Shown here in pieces: positions 14,321 to 27,574 of a stretch of DNA of 64,000 nucleotides. The notes under the pieces were generated by a model. It was not told the origin of the DNA. It ran no database searches and worked only from the letters and a program-made list of their open reading frames with translations. The stretch's first letter is position 1; every line of letters begins with the position of its first letter. Origin of the DNA: Octopus sinensis (lineage: Eukaryota); the NCBI RefSeq assembly GCF_006345805.1, contig NC_043001.1, forward strand, positions 79,236,001 to 79,300,000. Direction: 5' to 3'. A program made the position numbers and the translations under genes.

Positions 14321-15533
14321 AAAGAACATATGGTATGCGTGTTATAGAATTTGTATTCTTGTCAGCTTCAGTCTACGCGATGAAATTCCCTTGCATTTGT
14401 TGCGTCCTTTTATGATATAGAAGAAGCGATTCGACTGAATAGAGAACAAGAAAGCATGTCCCTGACGGAAATATATACTGGGGCTGATGCGATCGATTAA
14501 AAACCTCTTAATATGGTACCCCAGTATGGCATTAGTCCAGTATTTGTAATCTCTGAACGATTGAATGTATCGTAATTACACCATAAAGATAGTCAGCACA
14601 CACAGTTTCACATTTGCTCTTGTACGTACGCGCAAACCGATGCAGAATTCACACAGAAAATGCACGTGCATGTCCACACACATAATTGAAGATGGTTGAA
14701 GTTTGTACATCCACATACAGGTACTCTTAGAGAACTACACATAGAGTCACATAGGTCCTATCAGGCGAACACAAATATACACAAGTGCCCACTTATATTT
14801 AAAAACATATGAATACGTCCTTTCACTTAAACATTCATACAAGCGTACACAAACATACATCCGCACACAAACAAACGAATATTACGAGCAGAAACCAAAA
14901 GGGACTTAATTAGTATTTTACTAACCAATCAGCAAGTTATTCTGAAAACCACAATTAATCCAGTGGACAATGTTTCCAAAACCAAGTTCATTAAAATTAG
15001 AAAATGACTTCTAATTAGTAGGTTTGTCGCAGTCATCCTCTAATCAATTTTATCGATGTTGATATTTTTCTATTGATATAAACAAATTTCCAATTCACAC
15101 AGATGCTAACAACAAAATGAACAAGAACTTTATCAATACAAACAACAATTATACCTGTAAACGCAAATGACCAACCTTGTCTCGCTCTACTACTGTCTCC
15201 CCCTCTCTGTCTCTCCTTCCCTCTATCCTCCTCTCGCTAGCTAACTCTTTAACTCTTCGCTGTTTTTATTTTCCTCTTCCTTTCTATTATCCTCTCTCAT
15301 TATCTCCCATCTGATGTTGTGTTCTTGTTTTAACTTTTTTTAACACTTCGGGCTATTTTTCTACTCCTATTCTTTATTTCGCCGCTGAATTATGCTGTTC
15401 GACGATAGAAGAACTTTGAATGGGTTAACCGATTTCATAGCACTAATGCTGAAGGGCATTTATGAAAGGTTGGAAATTTAAAGAAGGAATTATGCACCCT
15501 ATATGATTGGACTATTTAATAGTCCAATGAAAT

Positions 15534-15579
<46 letters not shown>

Positions 15580-15589
15580 CATATAACAT

Positions 15590-16720
15590 ACAGAAATGTT
15601 GGGGATAGAGGAGATCTTCTCACCGAAATCACTATTCTGCAGAGCTTGCTCATAGCAAGAGGCGTGATTATTGAAGATGTCCTCATTTGCTAATAGAGAC
15701 ACCGGATACGATACTATTAAGGACAAGTACTGGGTGAACGTTGATATATTGTTGTGATTGATTAGGTATACGGAAAAAATAATACTGGCCTGCATTTATG
15801 TCGTAGGTGAAACCAAAGAAGTTAACTTATTTAGAATTCTTTTCAAAGGAGATTGTAAGGTTTGAATTTTTGAAGAAAATACTGAGGACATTCTAGGTGC
15901 GTTCAACGGACTGTCGATATAAACCAGTGGTTGTAAGGAGTCTATAATCTGTATACAAACCTCCGGAAAATTTAGTGAAGAGTTTGATATTTAGGGAAAG
16001 AATGAAGAATACGAATACGTCAGAAAGCTGGGCGGAATCGGGTGAACCCATGGTAAAACAAAATGAATCTACAGACGAGTTCAGAAATCAGTAATTATTA
16101 TTGAAATACCGAACTATTTTCCTAGCCACTAGGATGGTGTCGATATCGGAGCGGGAGATGGGAGCGTATTTTCTTGCAAAGATTAGCGCCTTATATAAAA
16201 GAATTGATTATATGGAGGCACTTTAGTTGGAATTATTGAACTGAAGGAATTAGGTGTGTGACTTATTAAAAAGGGAGTGGAACCAAGTGATGACGTCAAT
16301 AGCACAATTCCAAAGTAGAACTTTAAATTACTCGTAACTAGAGGTATACTGCAGTCTGTTACGCATTTGGCAATTCGGCCTAAGTCTGATTTTGTGGGAC
16401 AGAGTGATCTAATAAAGGGTTTAGTGGAGGATTTGGGCTAATCAACCCTCAATGTGAGGATAGGGGTTTGATGTGTTATGATCCACTTCTGTTCAGTAAT
16501 CCGAAGTTCGAGATGACCTTGTAGTGGAGGTTGCTAATATTCTTTTGAGCTTTTCTGTGTGCGTGCTTATAATTTCCGTTGAGTTCATTGAATATGAGGA
16601 TGGTATACTCAGATGTTTTGACGTTGAGGGAATAGAGATATCAGGTCATTGATTGGCAATGCAGTTCGCCATCAATTCGTTTCAGGTCCCTAATGTTTAT
16701 AAGCCACAAATGTGGTGAAA
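15590..16720 (-). pseudogene. Decayed Penelope-like reverse transcriptase
   Basis: Minus-strand motifs across stops and frameshifts: RSLCPTKSDLGRIAK, ALIFARKY, FTMGSPDSAQLSD, and thumb region NEDIFNNHASCYEQALQNSDF. Confidence 0.75.
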
Positions 16721-17966
16721 CATCAATCTCCGTGACTAATGAGTGAGATTTGGGGTAGGTTGTCTTGCTTTTCCATGAATTTCACGTGTTTTAAAAATCG
16801 GCACTTTGACTGGGGCATCCCCACCGCGTCAAATTGCCGTCTACAGGTGAACAAGCTGGGTACGTACATTCGTACAATCGTACATTGCGTGCGAGTTATC
16901 GATAATATATATAGATGCATACCTACATGCACACATTTATACATACATACCTACATACATACATATGTATATACATACATACATACTTACATGCATTCAT
17001 GCATGCATAAATACATACATCTTTACAGTACGCAAATGTGCAACGCGCTTATAAGATTATAAAAGATAGTACTATCTACGCCCCGTCACCTAAAGTATAT
17101 CTCCATATCAACAGCTTTTACTTACTCACTCGTCAGTCACTCTTACTCAAATAGACACAATGTTCACGAACAAGATGCAGCGGAGGTTGTACTACACTTG
17201 CTCACCTTTCAAACTATAACTACAGTGAAGACTGCACTCGTCTACCAACGGTATGTCCCAACAGAAAATTGAAGAATATTATATATATCTTGCAGTAATA
17301 TGATGAACTCCGCCAATCATTTCACTATGGACTCCGTGTGAAGTGCATCCATCAGTTGAATATGACCTCCTCTGTATACTTATATATTTCTTACACTAAT
17401 CAGGACACTGAACGGTGCTGGAATCCCTGCGCGTAGCTGTGATGTTGCAATTGCTTAATCATATCCAACTCTGCATCATTCTTGCAGCATGTCACAGTGA
17501 TTATGTATTCAAGCCGTGCCTAAACTCTTGTACGAGGAATACACGGAGCATGTATTTTCAACATGATTACCTACCCAAACATGGCTTCCAACACTGACAT
17601 ATATAGACTTATTTATCTAGAACTAAATTCCGGTAACGACTCGATATTACATCAATGTGTTCGAAGATTATCCTGAAAAGTATTAGCATTATGGGATAAT
17701 GTAGGTAAAATTGGGGATTTGCAGGCTAAGCAGCATCACCGCGCACGATGACAATATATAATGGAATTTAAATGGAATTTAAATCCATGTAATTTAAATC
17801 CAAGCTTAAGTAAAATATTTAACCAGATGTGCAATTTCGCTCATCTGCCTTTTGGTAACCTGTCCATCCATACATATGTATATTCCTTTATATCTGTGTA
17901 CCATATATTTTCAACAACATTACTCATGTTCAAAACTTGTTTCTAGTATTTATTCCTCTTAAATTA

Positions 17967-18180
17967 AGTCTGCGAGCTGGCAGAGTCGTTAGCACGCCAG
18001 CTGAAATGCTTAGCGGTATTTCAACCGCCTTCATGACCTATGTTCAAATTCCACCGAGGTAGACCTTGCCTTTAATTATTTCGGTGTCGATTAAATAACT
18101 ACCAGTCAAATACTGTGATCGACGTTAATGACTTACTCTTCCCAAGAAATTGCTGGCATTGTGCCAAAATTTAAAATCCA
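17967..18180 (+). mobile_element. SINE family C
   Basis: GCGAGCTGGCAGAGTCGTTAGCACGCC..GAAATGCTTAGCGGTATTTC...GTTCAAATTCC.CCGAGGT.GAC, recurring in the window. Confidence 0.8.
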
Positions 18181-18399
18181 TATTTATTCATCATAAAAAA
18201 TTTCCATTTTCTTTCTCCAACTCATTTGTCTTCTGTATAATATAATACAAATCCCAGACACTTTGTGCTGTCAGAGTACCATTTTAGGTGTAATCATTTT
18301 CGTATATAAAATAATATATAATGCTATTTATTCTGATAATTTTCTCCCAGAGGAAAGGCCAATTCAATCCATCAATATTTCTAATGTAAATTGACGACC

Positions 18400-19000
18400 A
18401 ATTTTAAATTATATATACCCTCACTATTTCCTTTAATACTAGCCGCTTTTTTGCCTTATCTCTTTTCCCAAACATAACATTGATGTATAAATTATTTCCT
18501 CCGAGATTCACTTTTAGTTGCTCATAGACAAAACTCTTTTTCTTCAAATCATAATTATAATCCATAACTAAGCAATACTTGCCTACATATTTAGTTGTTT
18601 CTTGAGAACACAAATTACTATAAGCTGGTGTGCTACTACCCATTCCAAACACTTATCTGCTAATACAACCCTGTTACTATTAGAAACACACATCTTATAC
18701 ATCTGTAACATAAAAATTACGGCATTTAATTAACATTCAAAAAAACAATGTGATCAAAAGTTAAGATTTTTAATAATCTGTTTCTATGAGAAATTAATAT
18801 TTAGCTTTTGCTTATCTCAGTAACATGCGCACTGCTACAAATGAACTAGGCCACCAAAAATCCTACCAATCAGATTACAATTCAGTAATCTTAGTAGAAC
18901 TCATAGAATCTTGAATTAAAATCCCTACTTATTCCCCCCCACCATTTTATTCGTCTATAACACCATTTCTCAACAGTTCTCTTACAGCGATTTTACTAAT
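18400..19000 (-). pseudogene. Possible very decayed Penelope-like RT
   Basis: Weak FGMGSSTP / KYVGKYCLV similarity to the TMGS.DSA / G.YRDD.L region; tentative. Confidence 0.25.
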
Positions 19001-19664
19001 ACCATCATTCAAAACTAATCACAATTCCACAGAGATATATGATAAGTGACAGATTTCTTGCAGAAAACCTCTAAGAGCAACATAAATACCACCAATATAT
19101 CAACCATCAGTAGTCTTAAATAAATCCAATTTATTCTTATCGCGTATTCTTATTCGAAAATACATGACATTGTACGCATAAATCCTACAATGGACCTACG
19201 TAACTTGCCGATTTTTCTTTACTCCTTTGTAAAAGCCTTTCCTAGAAATCGCATAAAATATAAAATATAATGTTATTGCTTTTATATTTCCTCTTTTTGG
19301 TCGAAGCATTTGATAATTTATACGCTATCAACTTTTCTTATCATACTCTTTCACGGTAATGCAAATAATTAAAATTATATTTTTATAGAATTTATTTTTA
19401 TATACTTAAAAAAAACACGCAAACAAGGCAATTAGACAAAAGATTATAAAATGAAACAAAAGTAAATTTCAATATACATAAATTCAATTCGCTCAAATCA
19501 AAGTATAAATGTCACTCTTTGTATTATTTAAAAAGTAATGAAACCGTTAATTTCCTTAGGAACAGAATGCTAACACGTTATAAGCTGCACATCATTTTAG
19601 TAATAACAAACACAAAAACTACTACTAATAATAATAAGACGAATATTTGGTTTTAAATTTTGGC

Positions 19665-19855
19665 GTAGGGGCCAGCACTTTTGGGGGAGGCACAAAGTCG
19701 ATTACATTGACCTCACTATTCGGTTGGTACTTACTTCATCGAGCCCGAAAGGATGAAAGGCAAAGTCGAGCTCGGTGGATTGTGAATTCAGAACATGTTA
19801 ACGGTAGTAATAAGTGTATAAACAAAGCACGTGCCCTGTGTCTTTGATAACGTTT
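19665..19855 (-). mobile_element. SINE family C
   Basis: CCCGAAAGGATGAAAGGCAAAGTCGAGCTCGG...GAATTCAGAAC. Confidence 0.75.
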
Positions 19856-20179
19856 TCATAATTAAATTTTCTTTCACATACACTACGGTGTAGGACATCA
19901 GCAAATAGTTTCATATAAGTCTTAAATAAGGGATTCGATTCCTTTTGAGTTGATCAATGTGCGTAGTATTGAGGAGCAATAATAAATAACGAAATATCAG
20001 TATCTACATCCCGAGGATTCATCCGTCTATGACATCCAGCTGCTCCTTAAAACACAGCATTATGTTGGGAGTCCGCTCAAATTCGGCATATAAACAAAAC
20101 ACATACTCTATTTATGAGTGATCGATTATGTTTACTTTACCTAAGATGTTTTCATTCGTAATCTAATATAAATGTGTGT

Positions 20180-20378
20180 GTAAACGTTAGCACGCCGGGC
20201 GAAATACATTGCTGTATTTCGTCTGTCTTTACGTTCTGAGTTCAAATCCGGCGAGTACGACTTTGCGTTTCATCATTTCGGGGTCGATAAATTAAGTACC
20301 ATTCGCGTACAGGGGTCGATTTAATCTACTGAACCCCTTCCCTAAAATTTGGTGCCTTGTGCCTAGAGTAGAAAAGAA
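20180..20378 (+). mobile_element. SINE family C
   Basis: CGTTAGCACGCCGGGCGAAAT...GTTCAAATCC...CCTTGTGCCTAGAGTAGAAAAG. Confidence 0.85.
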
Positions 20379-20504
20379 TATATGTGTGTGTGTGTGTGCG
20401 TATTTATATATATATATATATATATAGATATATATATATATATACATACACATATATATTCTTTGTATATTTACTCCTTTCAAACATAAATTGCGGATAA
20501 GCTG

Positions 20505-20815
20505 CGGTACGGCCTGGAACTTTTCGTCGAACTCTTAAGTCATGGGGACGTAAACACCCCGACGTCTGTTGTCTAGCAGTGGCGAGGGACATACACATAC
20601 GCACGCACATACACACATACATACATATGTACGACGGACTTTCCATCTACCAAATCCGTTCAACTAATTCCGTCCACTTTCCGTCTACCAAATCCACTGG
20701 CAATGTTTCGGTCGGTCCGAGGCTTTAGTAGAAGACACTTGCCGAACGTGCAATGTAGTGGGACTGAACCAAGAACCACGTTGTTGGGAAGTACATTTTA
20801 ACCATACAAATTATG
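20505..20815 (-). mobile_element. SINE family A
   Basis: Reverse complement of the family A head, body and part of the tail. Confidence 0.75.
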
Positions 20816-20873
20816 CTTGCAAATATACTTGCATGCATACACACACGTGCGCACACACACCTATATATAAATA

Positions 20874-22120
20874 TTAGGTCATCCCATAAATAATGCGGTT
20901 TCTTTATACTTCTTTTATTTTTCAAAATTAAGATAAACAAAGTTCTTTTTTAATCAGAAACATACTATCCTGCAATTTCTTCAATGTTCTTCCATCTGTC
21001 TGGTAGACTGCAAGGCCCATCTTCCAAAATTGTCTTGTCCTTGACGAAAAATAGTTCACCAGTACTGTTGTGATCCCGTCTGCAGAATTCATAATTTTTC
21101 CGCCCAAATGATTTTGAAGACTGCGGAGCCGATGATAATCAGAGGGTCAATGCCCGACAAATATAGTGGGAGGTGCATCGTTTCCCATTCAAACTGCTCC
21201 AGCTTTTGAAATGTCATCCTCGTTGTATGTGGCCGAGCATTATCCTGATGGATGAACACTTTTCGACTTGAAATCAAAGGTGGTCGTTTTTCTAGCCGCT
21301 CAAACTGTTCGCAGCAGATCTCCTCTGTTATTGGATTTGGGTTTAAAAGTTCAAAGTGACTAATCCTTTCATATCGCACCAAAGAGATAACAACACTTTA
21401 CGTTGGGTGAAGACTTTCTTTAGCCTAGGGTTCCCGTGATTCTTCTTTCTCTACGCACTGTCTTCAGTGCTTGACATTTTTATAGAAAACGCATTTCTTG
21501 TCACCAGTCAATATTTGACCCCAAAATGGTTCATTCGGGAGGTTTGACAGCAAAGAAGTGCGCACATTCACACTCTGCACCCTATTAGACTCGGAAACCT
21601 ATTGAACCAATTTGCTGGCTTTTCAGTTGTCACGCAATTGTCGATGAATATTTGAATGACCAAATCCCAGCCAATCTGCTAGGTTATCAACAGTAACGAT
21701 GGGATGTTGTTCCACAAGGGTTTGCAGGCCGTCCGCGTCGAGCTCTACAGATCTTTCAGGACGAGGGTCGTCTTCTAGGCTGTTGTTTCGGGCTCGGAAT
21801 TTCTGGAGTCATATTTGACATTGCTTACGCTTATTGTCCGATTCCCATATATTGTAATAATATTCCTCGCACTTCCCGTTACCTTTATTGAACTCTTAAA
21901 GCAAAATATGCCGAATATGTTTCTTCGTCACTTCAATTATAGCTTTGAAAAAATAACTGCTAAAATCTAACTGCACTCTTCAAAACGTGCACTAATAATA
22001 ATGATAAGGTAAAATTACTACCTGCTTTTATAGCAAATTGATACAGTTAGTTTATTCCGTCCCTCTCCGACGTTTAGTTCATGCATTTGAAAAATCCGTA
22101 TTATTTATGAGATGATCCAA
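20874..22120 (-). mobile_element. Full-length decayed mariner (1247 bp) with transposase pseudogene
   Basis: TIRs TTAGGTCATCCCATAAATAATGCGG / CCGTATTATTTATGAGATGATCCAA, TA on both sides. Minus-strand motifs: KKHIRHILL, SLEDDPRP, ILTGDKK, FIHQDNARPHT, SLPDRWKNI. Confidence 0.92.
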
Positions 22121-22309
22121 TATATATGTATGAATATCTATGCATATATAAATATATACTATTGAAGAAGTTGCAAGAAGCAATGAAAATTTTAGAAAAA
22201 CTAAATAAGTAAATGAATGGAAATCAAACCGGTGACTGTGGTAATTAATAAGACATTAAAACAGAATGACCCTCCCCAGACAGAATAAAATCTATAAAAA
22301 ATTTAGCTC

Positions 22310-22558
22310 AAAAACAACACAGTGGAGACTGAGGTTAGCTGGACATGCTCACCGTCATTCAGACTTGATACTTCACTTAGTGCTCCTGTGGGACCCCTAC
22401 ACGAGCAAACTAGAAGCGTGAGACCGAAGATCACATATATTGATGCCCTGAAAACAGACATGGATCTCTGAGAGACACAGGACACAGTAGCGATGATGAG
22501 GGACAGTGGCCACTGGAGAGAACTCGTCTATAGATCTCGGGAATTTTACTCGCCCTAG
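22310..22558 (+). mobile_element. RTE LINE 3' fragment
   Basis: Translation RLRLAGHAHRHSDL..LVLLWDP....RPKITYIDALKTD......MMRD..HWRE matches the RTE ORF C-terminus. Confidence 0.8.
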
Positions 22559-22568
22559 ATATATATAT

Positions 22569-22703
<135 letters not shown>

Positions 22704-22770
22704 ATATAATATATATATATATAGATAATGAAAGAATGGAGTCGGACGGCGATTTAACAAAATTCCTTTA

Positions 22771-22853
22771 TTCTCGACATATGTTTCGAAGACTGCATAT
22801 TCCTAATTCCGAAGGAATAAAGGGTGCATTATGCTGTCTTCTCATCAGGAAAG
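22771..22853 (-). ncRNA. Minimal type I hammerhead ribozyme in a Penelope pseudo-LTR (pLTR ~22725-22900)
   Basis: tttc-CTGATGA-GAAGAC...GTCTTC-GAAA-C-ATAT-GTC^gaga; intact core, perfect 6-bp stem II, palindromic stem III ACATATGT. Confidence 0.75.
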
Positions 22854-23424
22854 ACAAGGGACTTATGTCAGCATCATGACGAACAAAAACTTTTAGATGA
22901 CTGCCCACACGGAGTCCATAGTGATAATGAGTGTTTCTTTAAAATATTCCGTTATAAGCAGTGACGTCAACATTGGTTGGATGGATAAGATTCGAAAAAG
23001 TTCAAGAGTTCAAAAATGGTTGGAAGGGGAAAGATCTATGAATAGGGGGGTGACAGAGTGCAAGTCGTATGTATGGTGATGCGTTGTTGTTTGCTTCTGC
23101 CAAAGCGATTGAGTGCCTATGTGTGTGTATGTATATAACTGCATTCGTGTCTATGTGTGTGTATGTGTGTGCATGATTGTTTGTGTGGGGGATAAATGCC
23201 AAATACATCTAGTGGAGAAGTGACAGGTTTGTGTCTGTGTGTTTGATTGTACTTATGATAGAGAGAGGGAGAGAGAGAGGGGGAGAGGTAGAGAGAACAT
23301 ACCCCAACGAATTTGGTAGTAGGCCTTCAAGTAAAGGAGTATAAAAAAATTCTCTATGGTGTTGTTGTAGATGTGGAACCAAATTATTAAATTCAAGGAG
23401 GTTATCTATATTAATCATCATTCA

Positions 23425-23830
23425 TATGAGTGGAAGGTGTGTTTCTGCCAGTGCATGCATCTATAGGATTTTTCTACCATTGTGTTTACTAAAGGGAATT
23501 TGGCGAAAAGTATATAGAAAAGCTCGGAATTACAGACGGCACAATATTTTCTGCTCTAATCAAATGGAAAGGATACAGATAATATGGACCATTCCAGCTT
23601 GAAAGTTATATTGTTGTCCTTAAGACGCTAAACTAATTTACTTAGTCCTGTACTTTGTTGTTTCCTCTTATCTCGGAAAGTTGAATAATGATTGGAAATC
23701 CTCTGGGATAATTTAGAAGTAGTCGCCCCAACATAGAAGAAGACACCGGTACCGGAAGAAATCCTACACTGGTAAATGGAATTTCTAATTTTTGAATTAC
23801 TGGACAAGAACTTTAATCTGTTAGGGTTTG
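23425..23830 (-). pseudogene. Penelope-like GIY-YIG endonuclease remnant, preceded by an Asn-rich linker up to ~24150
   Basis: NSIYQCRI...FFYVGATTSKLSQRISNHYSTFR...STGLSKLV*RLKD...LEWSI...KYCAVCNSE. Confidence 0.8.
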
Positions 23831-24189
23831 CCTCCGAGACTAAGACGGAGTTTTTATTGTTATGATTGCTGATAATATAACTGCAAGCACTGACCACTAT
23901 ACTATTTCTATTATTGTTATTATTATTAATTGTACTATCGCCTGTAATATCCCTGACTATAGAAATGCTGCCATTGTTATCATCAATACTACCACTGTTT
24001 TTAGAAATGCTGTCGTTGTTACCACTAACACTACCACTGTTAATAATCCGACTAATATTATTATTAATATTACCACTGTAAATGCCAACGATGTTATGAA
24101 TGTTGCTATTATCAATACTATTTCTATTATTATTATTGTATGTTTGTTTGGAATTGGTAAGAATAGTGTTGTGTGTGTGTGTGTGTGTG

Positions 24190-24495
24190 TGGAGGTGCAA
24201 TGGCCCAGTGGTTAGGGCAGCGGACTCACGGTCGGAGGATCGCGGTTTCGATTCCCAGACCGGGTGTTGTGAGTGTTTATTGAGCGAAAACACCTAAAGC
24301 TCCACGAGGCTCCGGCAGGGGGTGGTGGCGAACCCTGTTGTACTCTTTCGCCGCAACTTTCTCTCACTCTTTCTCCTGTAGGCCTGCTTGCTTAGCCAGT
24401 GTGGTGGCGTCATTTGAAGGCTAAAACAATGCGAAGCGCATTGTGACCCTCGATGTGTAGCAACATTGATAGCCTGGTCGGTCACGGTGATCACG

Positions 24496-24500
<5 letters not shown>
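24190..24500 (+). mobile_element. tRNA-derived SINE family B, tail type 3
   Basis: Same head and body as 9322; tail has GCGAAGCGCATTGTGACC and ends (CACGGTGAT)2. Confidence 0.85.
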
Positions 24501-24533
<33 letters not shown>

Positions 24534-25581
24534 TTCATGTATGAAATCTTAAGATGCCCTACACATTACCTTGCTTTGGCTGTACAGAAACTATGATGAA
24601 AGGTTTGCCAGTCATGGACATTCCATCCTTTTTCTGAGCATCCTCATTCTAAGAATACAACATCACATTGTCCTGATTTCAACACATGTGAGTATAATTC
24701 AGGGAGATTTGGAGAGCTATTTTCAGCAGGTCAACCGACGAACTATAGGCTTACAAAATCTCTTGGGCAGAAGAGTAAAATGTATACAATATATATAACC
24801 GGTATTAAATAACAATTTGACTCCAAGAAATATAATGGAAACTTAGCTTGCATCATATAATGAAACGGTTTATTAATATTTTATTTCATTATCGTCTATT
24901 TCATTGCGTATATTTAAAAATACGTGTGTGTTTATATTCGTGTGTGTGTGCGTGTGCACGTGTATTTGTGTATGTGAGTGTGTGCGTGTGTGTTGAGATA
25001 TATGTGTGTTTGTATTTGTGAGAGTATTCGGGAAGAAGACCGGATAATGTTACAATATTTCTCAGTCAATATCTAGTTAGAGGTGTCTATTGAATAACCT
25101 CTGTTTATTGCAATATACCAGGAAGTAGTGACGCGTATTATTCAACAAAACCTAATTAATAATGAATAGACAAATTTAGAATCAGAATTAATAATTACTT
25201 CCGCTGGAGAATATAAATGACATCCACATTCACTACCACACAACGAGAACGAGAAAGTCTTTATGTGGTCGCACAGCTGCTAGAAGTATCAGCCAAGTTT
25301 CACTCAATATACAGTTTAAAATCAGTTAAAGAGTGGAAGAAAATAATATTAGAAAATTTGGCTCTACAAAATGTACCGTATGGTAACTGTTAGAAACTGA
25401 GTGATAATAGATGTAGATTATAGATCTAATAGAGATGACAATCGTTGTCACACTGGAAATATTGCTTAGCAACATTTCTTCTGGTTTTAGGTCCTAAGTT
25501 GAAATCTTGCAGAACGACTTTGCTTTTATTTCATCCTTTCATGGTCGCTAAATTAAGTAGCAATCTGCCTATCTATCTATA

Positions 25582-25748
25582 TACGACGGGCTTCTTTCAT
25601 TTTCCGTCTAGCAAATCCACTCACTAGAATCTGGTTAGCCCGCGACTATAGTAGAAGACACTTGCCCAAGTTGCCACGGAGTGGGATTCAACCAGGAGCC
25701 ATGTGGTTGGAAAGCAAGCTCCTTAACACACAGCCACGCCAGCGCTCA
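25582..25748 (-). mobile_element. SINE family A, 5' half
   Basis: Reverse complement of GGCGTGGCTGTGTG.TAAG.AGCTTGCTTTCCAACCACATGG...GGCAACTTGGGCAAGTGTCTTCTACTATAG. Confidence 0.85.
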
Positions 25749-25766
25749 TTTATAAATAAATAAATT

Positions 25767-25819
<53 letters not shown>

Positions 25820-26039
25820 TTGAGAGTAAAACGGGAAAATCACGCGCAGTCCGTCTCCTAAGTAATACTAACTTCCTAAAACTAATCTGACAGGTAGTCT
25901 GAGATAAAAATGATCCCCATTATTTAAAGATATACAGGCATTAAATGGCAGTATTTTTAATTCATTAGTTATAATTGTTTCAATACATGAAAAATTCATT
26001 TCGTGTATAACTACACAGAAATTAGCCATATTAACCACA

Positions 26040-26772
26040 TTAACCTCCCGGAGTTGCTAAACGGGTCTTGGTAGACCATTCCCAATGAAAACGGCGTTAA
26101 TTTTGCATAAAATTCAAATTTTCGGGAATACCAATGGTGTATCCTCAGGTGATAACTGCTTAGTTTTATAGTTATTTACAAGTAGCATATATTTTCGGAG
26201 ATTAATTGAATAAAATATATTTTTTATATTATCCTTTAGTGAGAAGGATCTAGTATAAAAATCACGTGCATACATGCGGCAACATGGAAATTTTATGTGC
26301 ACACACGCACACAGAGTAATGTTCACGCACACACACACGCGCGCAAACACAAACACACACACACACATACACACATGGATATTATTGAACACGTAACTTG
26401 AAGTTCGATGCAAATTGTATATCAAGAAATATATATATCCTCTATATGTCTTGCGCACACTTCTTTCATTCAGTCTCACTCAGGATAACATAAAACAACG
26501 TATAGATATCTATATATGTGTTTGTATGTGTGTGTGTAAAAGTGTATTTTGAGTGTTTGTGAGTGTGTGCGAGGGTGTGTATAATAGAGAGAGAGAATAC
26601 ATAGTGTGTGTGTGTTTGCCCGCATGTATGAACTGGAAAAATACAAATTTTTATTTAAGATTCAGCGAACTAAAAGACCTTCAGTGTTTCAAGGAAATTT
26701 CACGGCATCCAAGTCATTTCCTTTTTCATATAAAAGCGACGAACAGAGAACGAAAAAGAGAAAATATACAGT

Positions 26773-26803
<31 letters not shown>

Positions 26804-27126
26804 TAAGAAAGAAGCAGGGAGAGAGTGGGGAGAAAGAGAGAGAGTGAGAGAGAGAATTTGTCTAAGTAAGAGAAACAGAGAATGAGAAAAGTCAGAGAAG
26901 AGAGAAATAAACGGAGATGGAAAAGGGTGGGAATCAGTTGAATAACACTTTAGAGAAAAACGCGTGTAAAACACCATTTTCCCGGTTTCTCGCTTTACGG
27001 TAAAATGTTATAGTGCATGACCATCTTTGGCACATAAGTAATGTGTTTGTAAAGTTTGGTGAAAATCGGTTGAATACTGTAGAAATGCATACGTACTACA
27101 CACACAGACATACTTTGTTATATATA
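26040..27126 (-). mobile_element. Probable non-autonomous Helitron-like element
   Basis: Lep1-like 5' end on minus (TATAACAAAGTATGTCTGTG...TCAACCGATTTTCACCAAACTT); CCCG..CGGG hairpin near 26047-26065; terminal CTAG not intact. Confidence 0.4.
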
Positions 27127-27574
27127 CTGGCAGGCGTAATTAGCGTTGCATGGAGCTGTTTGTTAAATATGCCTATTTGGTTATTAGACCATTCACGAAT
27201 GCACCTCTGAACTGAATGAAAGAAATCATAATGGCAGATGTTCCCTGCGTTGTTTGATTTATTTAACGCAATAGTGAACATGCGGATTCATACCCCCACA
27301 CCATTGTCATTATTTTCCATTGGAACAGCAGGTCAATTTGTAAAAATCCGACAGTGATTGAGTTTATTTTCCTCACCACATAACTGCTGACATGTGCTCT
27401 TTAGCAAATGGGAAGATTGAGCCTAAAGATATGACATAAAGAGAAATAGTATGTTTACCTGCTGTTTCACTGGGTTGCACATACAACAATATGTGGACAA
27501 TGAATTTGACGTGTGGCCAGTGCAAAAAAGATGAAAACTGTAGTATCAGTTTCCGACCTCAAAATTGGTGGCAC

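Noticed and set aside
23628-24293. The 221-aa ORF as a host gene
   Set aside because: Its start is SINE and microsatellite sequence, its middle is an Asn-rich linker, and its end is a Penelope GIY-YIG with a stop.
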